From assembly GCA_949498175.1 (NCBI GenBank), contig CATDDF010000041.1, positions 1,690-65,689 on the forward strand: DNA of 64,000 nucleotides, in the 5' to 3' direction. Position 1 is the first letter of the stretch. The number at the start of each line of letters is the position of its first letter. Position numbers and translations under genes: made by a program. This document shows positions 1 through 8,729 of this stretch, piece after piece. Under the pieces are notes generated by a model. It was not told where the DNA came from. It ran no database searches and saw only the letters and a program-made list of their open reading frames with translations. This DNA is from Alphaproteobacteria bacterium (GTDB lineage Bacteria; Pseudomonadota; Alphaproteobacteria; RS24).

Positions 1-1
1 C

Positions 2-838
2 AAAGATTGGCACAAGAAATTGACCGGCGCCGAGCGCAATTTGCTGACGCAGATTTTCCGCTTTTTCGTGCAGGCCGATGTTGAGGTCAATAATTGCTAT
101 ATGAAGCATTACAGCCAAGTGTTTAAGCCGACCGAAGTGCAAATGATGCTGGCCGCATTTTCCAATATGGAAACCATCCACATTGCCGCCTATTCGCATT
201 TGCTCGACACTATCGGCATGCCGGAAGTCGAATATGAAGCCTTTATGAAATATGGCGAGATGAAGGATAAATACGACTATATGCAGGAATGGGGTGTTGA
301 GACCGACGAAGATATTGCCAAGACCTTGGCCGTGTTTGGCGGGTTCACCGAAGGGCTGCAACTGTTTGCCAGCTTTGCCATTTTGATGAATTTCCCGCGC
401 TTCAATAAAATGAAGGGCATGGGGCAAATCGTGACTTGGTCGGCGCGTGACGAGACGCTGCATACCAATTCAACAGTCAAACTGTTCAATACGTTCATTC
501 AGGAAAACCCGCATATTTGGACCGATAAGCTGAAAAAAGATCTCTATGAGGCGTGCGAAACCGTGGTGACGCATGAAGATGCTTTTATTGATTTGGCTTT
601 TGAAATGGGCGGCGTTGAAGGTTTGGAAGGCCAGGAAGTGAAAAACTATATTCGCTATATCGGCAATCGCCGCCTGGCGCAGCTCAATCTTGAGCCGATT
701 TACGATATAGAGAAAAATCCGCTGCCCTGGATGGATGAAATGCTCAACGGCATTGAGCATATGAACTTCTTCGAAGGGCGCGCCACGGAATATGCCAAAG
801 CCTCAACCGAAGGGACATGGGATGAGGCCTTTGCCTAA
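2..838 (+). CDS. nrdB: Class Ia ribonucleotide reductase beta subunit (5' partial, continues beyond window start)
   Basis: Open frame from base 2 (KDWHKKLT...). Di-iron ligands in ADVEV, ETIHIAAY (radical Tyr), FTEG and RDETLH; C-terminal NFFE motif. Confidence 0.95.
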   Translation, partial: KDWHKKLTGAERNLLTQIFRFFVQADVEVNNCYMKHYSQVFKPTEVQMMLAAFSNMETIHIAAYSHLLDTIGMPEVEYEAFMKYGEMKDKYDYMQEWGVETDEDIAKTLAVFGGFTEGLQLFASFAILMNFPRFNKMKGMGQIVTWSARDETLHTNSTVKLFNTFIQENPHIWTDKLKKDLYEACETVVTHEDAFIDLAFEMGGVEGLEGQEVKNYIRYIGNRRLAQLNLEPIYDIEKNPLPWMDEMLNGIEHMNFFEGRATEYAKASTEGTWDEAFA

Positions 839-855
839 ACCTCACAAAATTTGAG

Positions 856-883
856 AAAGGGGTGCTGCGGCGCCCCTTTTTTT
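856..883 (+). terminator. Rho-independent terminator after nrdB
   Basis: Stem AAAGGGGTGC / GCGCCCCTTT with loop TGCG, running into a T tract. Confidence 0.8.
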
Positions 884-927
884 ATTGCGGCGAGCGTGCT
901 TTCATAATGACCCGACGGGAGGCGCAT

Positions 928-1614
928 ATGATTGAGCTTTACACCTCACCCACGCCCAATGGCTACAAAGCCTCGGTGACGCTGGAAGAATTGGATATGG
1001 ATTACAATGTCCATGTTATTAATCTGCAAAAAGATGAGCAGAAAACGCCGGCATTTTTGGCCATGAATCCGAATGGGCGGATACCGGTGATTGTCGACCC
1101 TGACTTTGACAATCTGGCGATTTTCGAGACCGGCGCGATCATGGTTCATTTGGCGGAAAAAGCCGGACGGCTCTTGCCGAGCGATGTGAAAGGCCGCGCC
1201 AAAGTCATGGCCTGGTTGATGTTCCAAATGGGCGGCATTGGCCCGATGATGGGCCAAGCCAATATTTTTTACCGCTATTTCCCCGAAAAAGTGCCGTCTG
1301 TGATTTCGCGCTTTCAACTAGAAGTGCGCCGCCTGTTGGAAGTGCTGGACAGCCATTTGGCGCATCATGAATATTTGGCCGATGATTTTTCCATTGCCGA
1401 TATTGCCAATTGGTGTTGGGTGCGCACCGCCAAATGGTCGGGTGTCGAGAGCCATGATCTTGACCATTTAAGCCGCTGGTTGACCGCCATATCGGCGCGC
1501 CCGAAATGCCAAGCCGGGGTCAAAGTGCCGTTTGACTTGGCGGAATTGACGACCAAAACCGAAGACGGGGCGGAAAAGTTTTCCGAACAGGCGGCCAAGC
1601 TGGTGAAATCATAA
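928..1614 (+). CDS. Glutathione S-transferase family protein (YfcG/YghU-like)
   Basis: N-terminal MIELYTSPTPNGYK, NPNGRIP and FETGAI motifs. Start re-assigned to ATG 928 after GGAGG. Confidence 0.88.
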   Translation: MIELYTSPTPNGYKASVTLEELDMDYNVHVINLQKDEQKTPAFLAMNPNGRIPVIVDPDFDNLAIFETGAIMVHLAEKAGRLLPSDVKGRAKVMAWLMFQMGGIGPMMGQANIFYRYFPEKVPSVISRFQLEVRRLLEVLDSHLAHHEYLADDFSIADIANWCWVRTAKWSGVESHDLDHLSRWLTAISARPKCQAGVKVPFDLAELTTKTEDGAEKFSEQAAKLVKS

Positions 1615-1653
1615 ATTTATCCCCGCCGCCGGTTTTGGCATTAGGCTTATGCC

Positions 1654-2067
1654 ATGTTGTCTTATTTGACCAAGCAGGCCGACGCCTTGACCGACCCGAT
1701 TGAGGCGGTCGGCAATGTGCTGGACGCGCTTTTTACTTCTGATAAGGAGCGGCTCGATAAAAAAGCCGTATTGGCGCGCATCGCCCAGCAGCCCAGCTTG
1801 GTGCAAAGCGAGATCAACAAAATTGAAGCGGCGCATAAAAGCGTTTTCGTTGCCGGATGGCGGCCCTTTATCGGTTGGGTGTGCGGGCTCGCCCTGTTTT
1901 ACAATTTCATCGCCCGCGATTTGATGGTATGGGCTTTGGCTTTGACCGGCGGTGATGTGCCGCCGCCGCCGCCTTTGCACTTGGAAGTGCTGACCACGAT
2001 TCTTTACGCGCTTTTGGGACTGGGCGGGATGAGGACTTTTGAGAAACTGCAAGGCCGCGCCAAATAG
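1654..2067 (+). CDS. Holin of 3TMs / gene-transfer-release holin family (DUF3154-like)
   Basis: 137 aa with EAxHxSxFVAGWRPFIGWVC and C-terminal LLGLGGMRTFEK motifs characteristic of the family. Confidence 0.8.
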   Translation: MLSYLTKQADALTDPIEAVGNVLDALFTSDKERLDKKAVLARIAQQPSLVQSEINKIEAAHKSVFVAGWRPFIGWVCGLALFYNFIARDLMVWALALTGGDVPPPPPLHLEVLTTILYALLGLGGMRTFEKLQGRAK

Positions 2068-2079
2068 GTTTTCGAATAA

Positions 2080-2154
2080 TGGTGCTGCCGGGTGGAATTG
2101 AACCACCGACCTCTTCATTACCAATGAAGTGCTCTACCCCTGAGCTACGGCAGC
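2080..2154 (-). tRNA. tRNA-Thr(GGT)
   Basis: Reverse complement folds as a 75-nt cloverleaf: acceptor GCTGCCG/CGGCAGC, anticodon loop TTGGTAA, T loop TTCAATT, encoded CCA. Confidence 0.97.
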
Positions 2155-2238
2155 GCTGCTTGAAAGCGTGGAAGCTGTTTGCCATAGGCGGCGTGGTGAT
2201 GCAAGCAAGGATTGCGCCGGCATGCCCGTTGAGCTAAT

Positions 2239-2253
2239 GTTCTTTTTTTGTTC
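2239..2253 (+). promoter_or_regulatory. Putative alphaproteobacterial LexA (SOS) box
   Basis: Exact GTTC-N7-GTTC (GTTCTTTTTTTGTTC), 23 bp upstream of the ATG at 2277. Confidence 0.65.
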
Positions 2254-2276
2254 CGTTTGGTGAAGCGTGTTGCGTT

Positions 2277-2546
2277 ATGCGAAAAGCGTCTGTGCAGTCG
2301 GTGTGTCTCGGCTGGCTGGTTGAGCGTCGGTTAAATCTCTGGGTTTGGTGCGAAAGCTGCAGCCATCATAAGGTGGTGGCCGCTGCCCCCTTATATGAAA
2401 AATATGGCGATGCGCCGCTCTCTGCGGTGAAGCATAAATTTCGCTGCGCCCAATGCGGCGGGCGTGAGATATTTCTGCGCCCCGATTGGCACGGCGCCGG
2501 TTGGACACGCGGCGTGGTGTCGAAACATGACAAGCTGCCCGAATGA
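2277..2546 (+). CDS. Small hypothetical protein with CxxC-x28-CxxC zinc-ribbon-like motif
   Basis: 89-aa ORF with CESC and CAQC filling the gap between tRNA-Thr and the murA leader ORF. Confidence 0.6.
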   Translation: MRKASVQSVCLGWLVERRLNLWVWCESCSHHKVVAAAPLYEKYGDAPLSAVKHKFRCAQCGGREIFLRPDWHGAGWTRGVVSKHDKLPE

Positions 2547-2560
2547 TATTATGAAAGGGC

Positions 2561-2701
2561 ATGAGCAAAGAGCCGAACACAGGCGATAAAAAGCCCACCC
2601 GCCAAGAAAAGCTGGCGGCGGCTTTGCGCGCCAATTTGAAGCGCCGCAAAGCGGCCAAACGCGCGACGCAGAACACGGAAAAGGAAAGCGGCAATGGATG
2701 A
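2561..2701 (+). CDS. 46-aa basic peptide upstream of murA (not in ORF track)
   Basis: Translates [49 protein letters not shown]-like GAAAGGG upstream; stop overlaps the murA start. The [13 protein letters not shown] motif resembles the small ORF commonly found before alphaproteobacterial murA. Confidence 0.7.
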   Translation: MSKEPNTGDKKPTRQEKLAAALRANLKRRKAAKRATQNTEKESGNG

Positions 2702-3965
2702 GATTGTCATTTCCGGTGGGCGCAAGCTAAGCGGTGAGATTGCCGTTTCGGGTTCGAAAAATGCCGTTTTGCCGCTCATGGTGGCGGGGCTGCTCACGGA
2801 TGAAAAACTCACCTTGCGCGGCACGCCACGGCTGGCCGATACGCGTACTTTGGCAAATGTACTGCGCGAGCTGGGCGCAGAAGTTGAGGAGTTCGGCCAA
2901 GGGCCGGGCGAGGGCGTCAATGTGCAGGCGGCTGATTTGGCCAGCACGCGGGCTTCCTATGAATGGGTGTCAAAAATGCGCGCCAGCTTTTGGGTGTTGG
3001 GGCCGATTTTGGCACGCGCCCATGAGGCGCAAGTCTCATTGCCCGGCGGCTGCGCCATTGGCACACGGCCGGTCGATTTATATTTGAACGGGCTGGCCGC
3101 CATGGGCGCCGATATAAATGTCGAAGGCGGCTATGTGAACGCCACGGCGCAAGGCGGGCTAAAAGGCGCGCGCGTCGATTTTCCTTTCGTCTCGGTCGGC
3201 GCAACCCATGTGCTGATGATGGCGGCAAGCCTGGCCAAGGGCGAAACCGTGATTACCAATGCCGCCACCGAGCCGGAAGTGGTTGATGTCGGGCATTGCT
3301 TGCAGGCTATGGGCGCCCGGATTGACGGGCTCGGCACGCGCAGCCTCACCATTCAGGGGGTTGAGCGTTTATCGGGCGCCGATCACACGGTGACGCGCGA
3401 CCGTATTGAAGCGGGGGCATTCGCGCTGGCTGTCGCCGCAACAGCGGGTGATGTCACTTTGACCGGCATTGATGAAGCGGCATTGGGGGCGCTGGCTCCG
3501 GCCATGCGCTTGGCCGGTGTCGCGCTGCGCGACGCGCCCGACGGCTTGCAGGTTAAAGGTCCATCCGGTCGTCCGCAGGCGACACCGATTACCACTGAGC
3601 CTTATCCCGGCTTCGCCACGGATTTGCAAGCGCCCTTTATGGGGCTGATGTGTTGTGCCGATGGCGTGACGCGCATTCGCGAAACGATTTTTGAAAACCG
3701 CTTCATGCATGTGCAGGAATTGGCGCGGCTTGGGGCCGATATTTCTTTGGAAGGCGATACGGCGATTGTTACCGGCGTTGAAAAACTTTATGGCGCGCCG
3801 GTTATGGCGACCGATTTGCGCGCCTCGGTGACTTTGGTGATTGCCGGTTTAATGGCGGAGGGGGAAACGCGCATATCGCGGGTCTATCATCTCGACCGCG
3901 GTTATGAGCGGATTGAAGAGAAATTATCCGCTGTCGGCGCACAAATTTGGCGGCAAAGTGCATGA
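2694..3965 (+). CDS. murA: UDP-N-acetylglucosamine 1-carboxyvinyltransferase
   Basis: [28 protein letters not shown] (catalytic Cys), [15 protein letters not shown] and DLRAS motifs. Confidence 0.98.
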   Translation: MDEIVISGGRKLSGEIAVSGSKNAVLPLMVAGLLTDEKLTLRGTPRLADTRTLANVLRELGAEVEEFGQGPGEGVNVQAADLASTRASYEWVSKMRASFWVLGPILARAHEAQVSLPGGCAIGTRPVDLYLNGLAAMGADINVEGGYVNATAQGGLKGARVDFPFVSVGATHVLMMAASLAKGETVITNAATEPEVVDVGHCLQAMGARIDGLGTRSLTIQGVERLSGADHTVTRDRIEAGAFALAVAATAGDVTLTGIDEAALGALAPAMRLAGVALRDAPDGLQVKGPSGRPQATPITTEPYPGFATDLQAPFMGLMCCADGVTRIRETIFENRFMHVQELARLGADISLEGDTAIVTGVEKLYGAPVMATDLRASVTLVIAGLMAEGETRISRVYHLDRGYERIEEKLSAVGAQIWRQSA

Positions 3966-4393
3966 GCGCGTCGGCCTTGAAACTTTACGGGCGCAGCGCT
4001 GAAGATATGCGCGTGATCTCGACCTATTTGCAAGATGCGGTGGCGCAGCTCGGCGATATGGCCCATTTGGTCGATGAAAAACGCTTTGTCATTTTGTTCA
4101 ATCGCTTTTGCTGGGAACATGACGGCGCGCCGATGCGCGTGCGCAGCGCACTGCAGCTTGCCAATGTCGCTGCCATCAGGCAAAAGAAACTCAATTTGAC
4201 GCGCCGCGACGGTGTTGTTGCGCTCTTGGCGATTGATTTTGAACCGAGCATGCTGCCGGAAGGTGAACTGGCCCTAAAATTTGCCGGCGGTGGCGAGATA
4301 CGCTTGGCAGTTGAGGCCTGTGAGGCCATATTGGAAGATATTACCGCGCCGTGGGCCGCATCATCGCGCCCGCAGCACGATTTGGAAGAGTAG
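3962..4393 (+). CDS. DUF2948 family protein
   Basis: LKLxxxxxEDxxVISxxLQDA and NRFCWE motifs; conserved position between murA and hisD. Confidence 0.85.
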   Translation: MSASALKLYGRSAEDMRVISTYLQDAVAQLGDMAHLVDEKRFVILFNRFCWEHDGAPMRVRSALQLANVAAIRQKKLNLTRRDGVVALLAIDFEPSMLPEGELALKFAGGGEIRLAVEACEAILEDITAPWAASSRPQHDLEE

Positions 4394-4397
4394 GGTT

Positions 4398-5708
4398 ATG
4401 AGCTATTTGCGTGCCCATATTGATGATAAGGATTTTGCTGGCCGCTTTGCCGCGCTGCAGGCGATGAAACGCGAGCAATCGGTTGATGTCAACGAAGCGG
4501 TCGCCGCCATTATTGATGATGTGCGCCAGCGCGGCGATGCGGCATTGATTGAATTGACGGCTAAATATGACCGCCAAAAATTGAGCGCGGAAACTTTGCG
4601 CATTGGCGATGATGAGATTGACGCGGCCATGCAGGCTTGTGCCTCTGAAACCAAAGCGGCTTTGGAATTGGCGGCGCAACGCATTGGCGATTTCCACGCA
4701 CGGCAAAAGCCCGAAGATGCGCGCTTCACCGATGCGGCCGGGGTTGAAATGGGCCATCGCTGGACGCCGGTCGATGCAGCCGGTCTTTATGTGCCGGGCG
4801 GGCTGGCCAATTATCCCTCCAGCGTTTTGATGAATGCCATTCCGGCGCGTGTGGCCGGTGTCGGGCGCGTTGTCATGGTGGTGCCGACGCCGGACGGGCA
4901 GATAAACCCGTTGGTTTTGGTCGCAGCCAAGCTGGCCGGTGTCGATGAGATTTACCGCATTGGCGGGGCGCAAGCCATTGCCGCTTTGGCCTATGGGACA
5001 AAGAGCATCGCGCCGGTCAATGTCATTGTCGGGCCGGGTAATGCCTATGTGGCGGCCGCCAAAAAACAAGTCTTCGGGCAAGTCGGTATTGATATGATTG
5101 CCGGGCCGTCGGAAATTCTCGTAGTGGCGGATAGGGAAAATGATCCGGCTTGGATGGCGGCTGATTTATTGAGCCAAGCCGAGCATGATGAAGTGGCACA
5201 ATCCATATTGATTTGCGACGATAATGATTATGCCGATGCGGTGGCGGCAGCGGTTGAGAGCGCTTTGGCGACATTGCCGCGGCAAGATATTGCCCGTGCC
5301 AGTTGGGAAAATTTTGGCGCCGTTTTGGTGGTTAATGATTTGCACACCCAAGCCCCCGAATTGGTCAATCAATTGGCGCCGGAGCATCTCGAACTGGCGG
5401 TTGCCGAGCCCGACGCCATGGCCGATAAAATTCGCCATGCCGGGGCTATTTTTCTGGGCCGCCACACGCCGGAAGCGATTGGCGATTATATTGCCGGTCC
5501 CAATCATGTCCTGCCGACGGCGCGCGCTGCGCGCTATGCGTCGGGCCTGTCCGTGCTCGATTTCATGAAACGCTCAAGCCTTGTCAAATGCGATGCCGAT
5601 GCGCTGGCCGCTATCGGCCCTGCGGCGGTACGCTTGGCCGAAGAAGAAGGCCTCGACGCGCATGGCCGCTCCATTGCCATTCGCCTCAATATGGGACGCG
5701 ATAGCTGA
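4398..5708 (+). CDS. hisD: Histidinol dehydrogenase
   Basis: GLYVPGG, IGGAQA, IVGPGNAYV, DMIAGPSE, LSQAEHD, APEHLEL and GPNHVLPT motifs. Start set at ATG 4398. Confidence 0.97.
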   Translation: MSYLRAHIDDKDFAGRFAALQAMKREQSVDVNEAVAAIIDDVRQRGDAALIELTAKYDRQKLSAETLRIGDDEIDAAMQACASETKAALELAAQRIGDFHARQKPEDARFTDAAGVEMGHRWTPVDAAGLYVPGGLANYPSSVLMNAIPARVAGVGRVVMVVPTPDGQINPLVLVAAKLAGVDEIYRIGGAQAIAALAYGTKSIAPVNVIVGPGNAYVAAAKKQVFGQVGIDMIAGPSEILVVADRENDPAWMAADLLSQAEHDEVAQSILICDDNDYADAVAAAVESALATLPRQDIARASWENFGAVLVVNDLHTQAPELVNQLAPEHLELAVAEPDAMADKIRHAGAIFLGRHTPEAIGDYIAGPNHVLPTARAARYASGLSVLDFMKRSSLVKCDADALAAIGPAAVRLAEEEGLDAHGRSIAIRLNMGRDS

Positions 5709-6194
5709 ATGGCGGCGGCAGACGAAAAAGCCGAACGGCTGGTGCATTTATCGCTTGATGACCCGGCTTTGACGGCGCGCAATGCCGATTTGGAGCATGA
5801 GCGCCGTGTCGCGATTTTCGATATTTTGGAAAACAATCATTTCGCTTTGGTTGACGGGCCCTCCGGCCCTTATCGGCTGAAATTATCGCTCGCCGATCGC
5901 GGCATTGTCTTTGCCGTATCCAATAAGGCAGGCGAAGGGCTGAGCCGCATAGAACTGTCCATGCGCCCTTTGCGGCGCAATATTCGCGATTATTTCATGA
6001 TTTGCGAAAGCTATTTCGAGGCCATGCGCAATGCCACACCGGAGCGGGTAGAAACAATTGATCAGGCGCGCCGCGCTTTGCACAATGAAAGCGCCGCACT
6101 TTTGAAAACCAGCCTCGCCGATAAGGTGACGCTCGACGATGATACGGCGCGACGCCTGTTCACGCTCATTTCCGTTTTGCAAATGCGCGGTTAA
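5709..6194 (+). CDS. UPF0262 family protein
   Basis: EHERRVAIFDILE, DYFMICESYFEA, IETIDQARRALHNE and TARRLFTLI motifs; position after hisD. Confidence 0.88.
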   Translation: MAAADEKAERLVHLSLDDPALTARNADLEHERRVAIFDILENNHFALVDGPSGPYRLKLSLADRGIVFAVSNKAGEGLSRIELSMRPLRRNIRDYFMICESYFEAMRNATPERVETIDQARRALHNESAALLKTSLADKVTLDDDTARRLFTLISVLQMRG

Positions 6195-6269
6195 GTTAAA
6201 ATGATCAAAAAACAGTTGATTTATTAGCCGCTCTTGGCCATTCTCCCGCAAAACTGATGGGTAGGACAT

Positions 6270-6488
6270 ATGGCTAAAGAAGAACTTCTGGAGTTTAACG
6301 CAACCGTGGTGGAATTGCTGCCCAATGCGACGTTTCGTGTGAAACTGGAAAACGACCATGAAGTGATTGCCCATACGGCCGGCAAAATGCGCAAAAACCG
6401 TATTCGTGTTTTAGCCGGTGACACGGTCTTGGTGGAAATGACACCATATGACCTGACCAAGGGACGCATTACTTATCGCTTCAAATAA
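6270..6488 (+). CDS. infA: Translation initiation factor IF-1
   Basis: 72 aa, MAKEELLEF...[16 protein letters not shown]...[14 protein letters not shown]. Confidence 0.99.
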   Translation: MAKEELLEFNATVVELLPNATFRVKLENDHEVIAHTAGKMRKNRIRVLAGDTVLVEMTPYDLTKGRITYRFK

Positions 6489-6495
6489 ACAGCTT

Positions 6496-7056
6496 GTGCT
6501 GGCCAGTGCCAGCCCGCGGCGCGTTGATTTGCTGGCGCAAATCGGCGTTACGCCAGCGCGCATAATCGCTGCCGATATTGATGAAACACCGCGCCCGGGC
6601 GAAGTGCCGAGCGCTTTGGCCAAACGATTGGCCTTTGACAAAGCCAGTGCCATTGCGGCGCAAGAGCCGGATGCGCTGACATTGGCGGCGGATACGGTGG
6701 TCAGTGTTGGGCGGCGCATTTTGCCGAAAACTGAAACTGCTGAGGAAGCGCGCGCTTGTTTGCGCCTCATCTCGGGACGCGGTCACCGCGTGCATAGCGG
6801 CATTTGTCTGATGGATGGCGCGCGCCATTGGCAGCGTGTGGTCGCCAGCCGCGTGCGGGTGCGGCGCTTGGGGACAGAAGATATTGAGGCCTATCTGGCG
6901 CAGGGCGAATGGCAGGGCAAAGCGGGCGGCTATGCCATTCAAGGCAACGCCGCCGTCTTTATCAGCCAAATCATCGGCTCTTACAGCAATATTGTCGGTT
7001 TGCCCTTGTTTGAAACGGCCAATTTGTTGCAAGCTGCTGGCTTCCGGTTCGCGTAA
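6496..7056 (+). CDS. maf: Maf family nucleotide pyrophosphatase (start uncertain)
   Basis: LASASPRR, DIDE, AADTVV, KAGGYAIQG and SNIVGLPL motifs. Confidence 0.93.
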   Translation: MLASASPRRVDLLAQIGVTPARIIAADIDETPRPGEVPSALAKRLAFDKASAIAAQEPDALTLAADTVVSVGRRILPKTETAEEARACLRLISGRGHRVHSGICLMDGARHWQRVVASRVRVRRLGTEDIEAYLAQGEWQGKAGGYAIQGNAAVFISQIIGSYSNIVGLPLFETANLLQAAGFRFA

Positions 7057-7082
7057 GGATATTTTCCATAATAGAGTGACAT

Positions 7083-8327
7083 ATGATGGCGCATGAAATT
7101 TTGATGAGTGTTGAAAACGGCTTGCTGCGCGTGGCGCAGATTGAAGACGGTGTTCTTATATCCATGCAAGCCGCACCTTTGGGCAAGGCTGAAACAGAAA
7201 CCTCTATGGTCGGGCAGATTTATTTGGCGCGTGTTGAGCGTGTTGTCGAACGCCTGCAAGCGGCTTTCGTCGATATCGGTTTTGACAAAAGTGCCTTTCT
7301 GGGCGCGCGCGAAGCACGTGCCTTGCTGCCCGAAGCGACTCGCGACACGCCGATTGAAGATTGTGTCGAAGATGGCGATACGGTGTTGGTGCAAGTCACC
7401 CGCCCGTCGCAAGGTGATAAGGGCACGCAAGTGACCGCCGATGTGACCTTGGCCGGACGCGGCGTGGTTTTGGCGCCGTGCCGCTCGCGCATTGCCGTAT
7501 CGCGGCAAATTGAAGATGAAGCCGAGCGCGCGCGCTTGACCGAATTGGCTGAGAAAATACGCGCCGGAGACGGCGTTGATGCGGTCGATGTTGAAGGCAT
7601 GGACGGGCCGTCAGGCTGGGTGCTGCGCACCGCTGCGGCGGGACAAGATATTGATGCGCTGGCGGCTGATATGGCCAATGTCGCGGCGCAATGGGAAGCG
7701 CTGTTGGAGCGCGCTGAAAATGCCGAGCCGCCCTGTCTCATTCACGAAGATTTGGGGCCGGTTGAAAAAGCGCTGCGCGATTTGGTGCGCGCCGATACGC
7801 GCGCCGTTGTCGTTGAAGGGGCGGCGGCACTGGCCGTTGCCAAAGGCTTTATGCGCCAGTATATGCCCGCTCTGGCCGATATATTGAGCGGCGCCGATGA
7901 GGGTGAAATCCTTTTTGACCGCCATGATGTGGCCGGGCAATTGGACAAAGCCTTAGCGCCGCGTCTTGACCTGCCGTCAGGTGCTTGGCTGATGATTGAA
8001 ACGACCGAAGCCATGACGACGATTGATGTCAATTCGGGCAGTGCCGAGGACGATGCGCTGGCCGTCAATTTGCAAGCCGCCGCCGCCATTGCCAAACAAA
8101 TTCGCTTGCGCGCATTGGGTGGCTTGGTGGCCATTGATTTTATCGATATGAATGATGAAAGCGCCCATGAAGCGGTGTTGAAAGCGCTTGATGAAGGTTT
8201 TGACGGCGATAAAAATCCGGTGCGCATTGGCCCGATGTCGGAGTTCGGCGTGGTTGAAATGACGCGGCGGCGTGAGGTCATGACTTTGGCCGAAGCGCTC
8301 AGGCAAAATGGAGCGGCCAATGGCTAA
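7083..8327 (+). CDS. rng: Ribonuclease E/G family protein (RNase G-like)
   Basis: S1 domain (GQIYLARV...AAFVDIG), EAMTTIDVNSG and GGLVAIDFIDM; no long RNase E C-terminal tail. Confidence 0.85.
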   Translation: MMAHEILMSVENGLLRVAQIEDGVLISMQAAPLGKAETETSMVGQIYLARVERVVERLQAAFVDIGFDKSAFLGAREARALLPEATRDTPIEDCVEDGDTVLVQVTRPSQGDKGTQVTADVTLAGRGVVLAPCRSRIAVSRQIEDEAERARLTELAEKIRAGDGVDAVDVEGMDGPSGWVLRTAAAGQDIDALAADMANVAAQWEALLERAENAEPPCLIHEDLGPVEKALRDLVRADTRAVVVEGAAALAVAKGFMRQYMPALADILSGADEGEILFDRHDVAGQLDKALAPRLDLPSGAWLMIETTEAMTTIDVNSGSAEDDALAVNLQAAAAIAKQIRLRALGGLVAIDFIDMNDESAHEAVLKALDEGFDGDKNPVRIGPMSEFGVVEMTRRREVMTLAEALRQNGAANG

Positions 8328-8520
8328 ATGCCCGATTTGCAAAGCGGCTGAAACGGCGTCCAAGTTTCGGCCCTTTTGTTCGAAACGCTGCGCCGATGTC
8401 GATTTGCATCGCTGGATGGGCGGGCAATATGCCGTGCCGGCGGTTGAACCGCCCGATGATTTTGACGCCGAGATTGGGGCCGCTTTGGCCGAGCAAGATA
8501 TGCCCGACGAGCTTCACTGA
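8320..8520 (+). CDS. yacG: DNA gyrase inhibitor YacG
   Basis: CPIC...FRPFCSKRCADVDLHRW zinc finger; ATG 8320 overlaps the rng stop. Confidence 0.93.
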   Translation: MAKCPICKAAETASKFRPFCSKRCADVDLHRWMGGQYAVPAVEPPDDFDAEIGAALAEQDMPDELH

Positions 8521-8536
8521 ATGGCGGTGCGGCGGC

Positions 8537-8565
8537 TGGACAGCGGCAAAAGCATGGCCTATAAA
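8537..8565 (+). promoter_or_regulatory. Putative sigma70 promoter of tRNA-Phe
   Basis: TGGACA-N17-TATAAA upstream of the tRNA. Confidence 0.5.
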
Positions 8566-8600
8566 CGCCTCACTTAAAGGGGGCTGCAAAGCCGCCATAT

Positions 8601-8676
<76 letters not shown>

Positions 8677-8729
8677 TTTTTTTGAAGCTTCCCCATTAAG
8701 CCTGACCCAAATATTGAAAAGGCGCGCTC

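Noticed and set aside
1654-2154. Intact prophage or GTA at tRNA-Thr
   Set aside because: No integrase, structural genes, endolysin or duplicated att sequence in the window.
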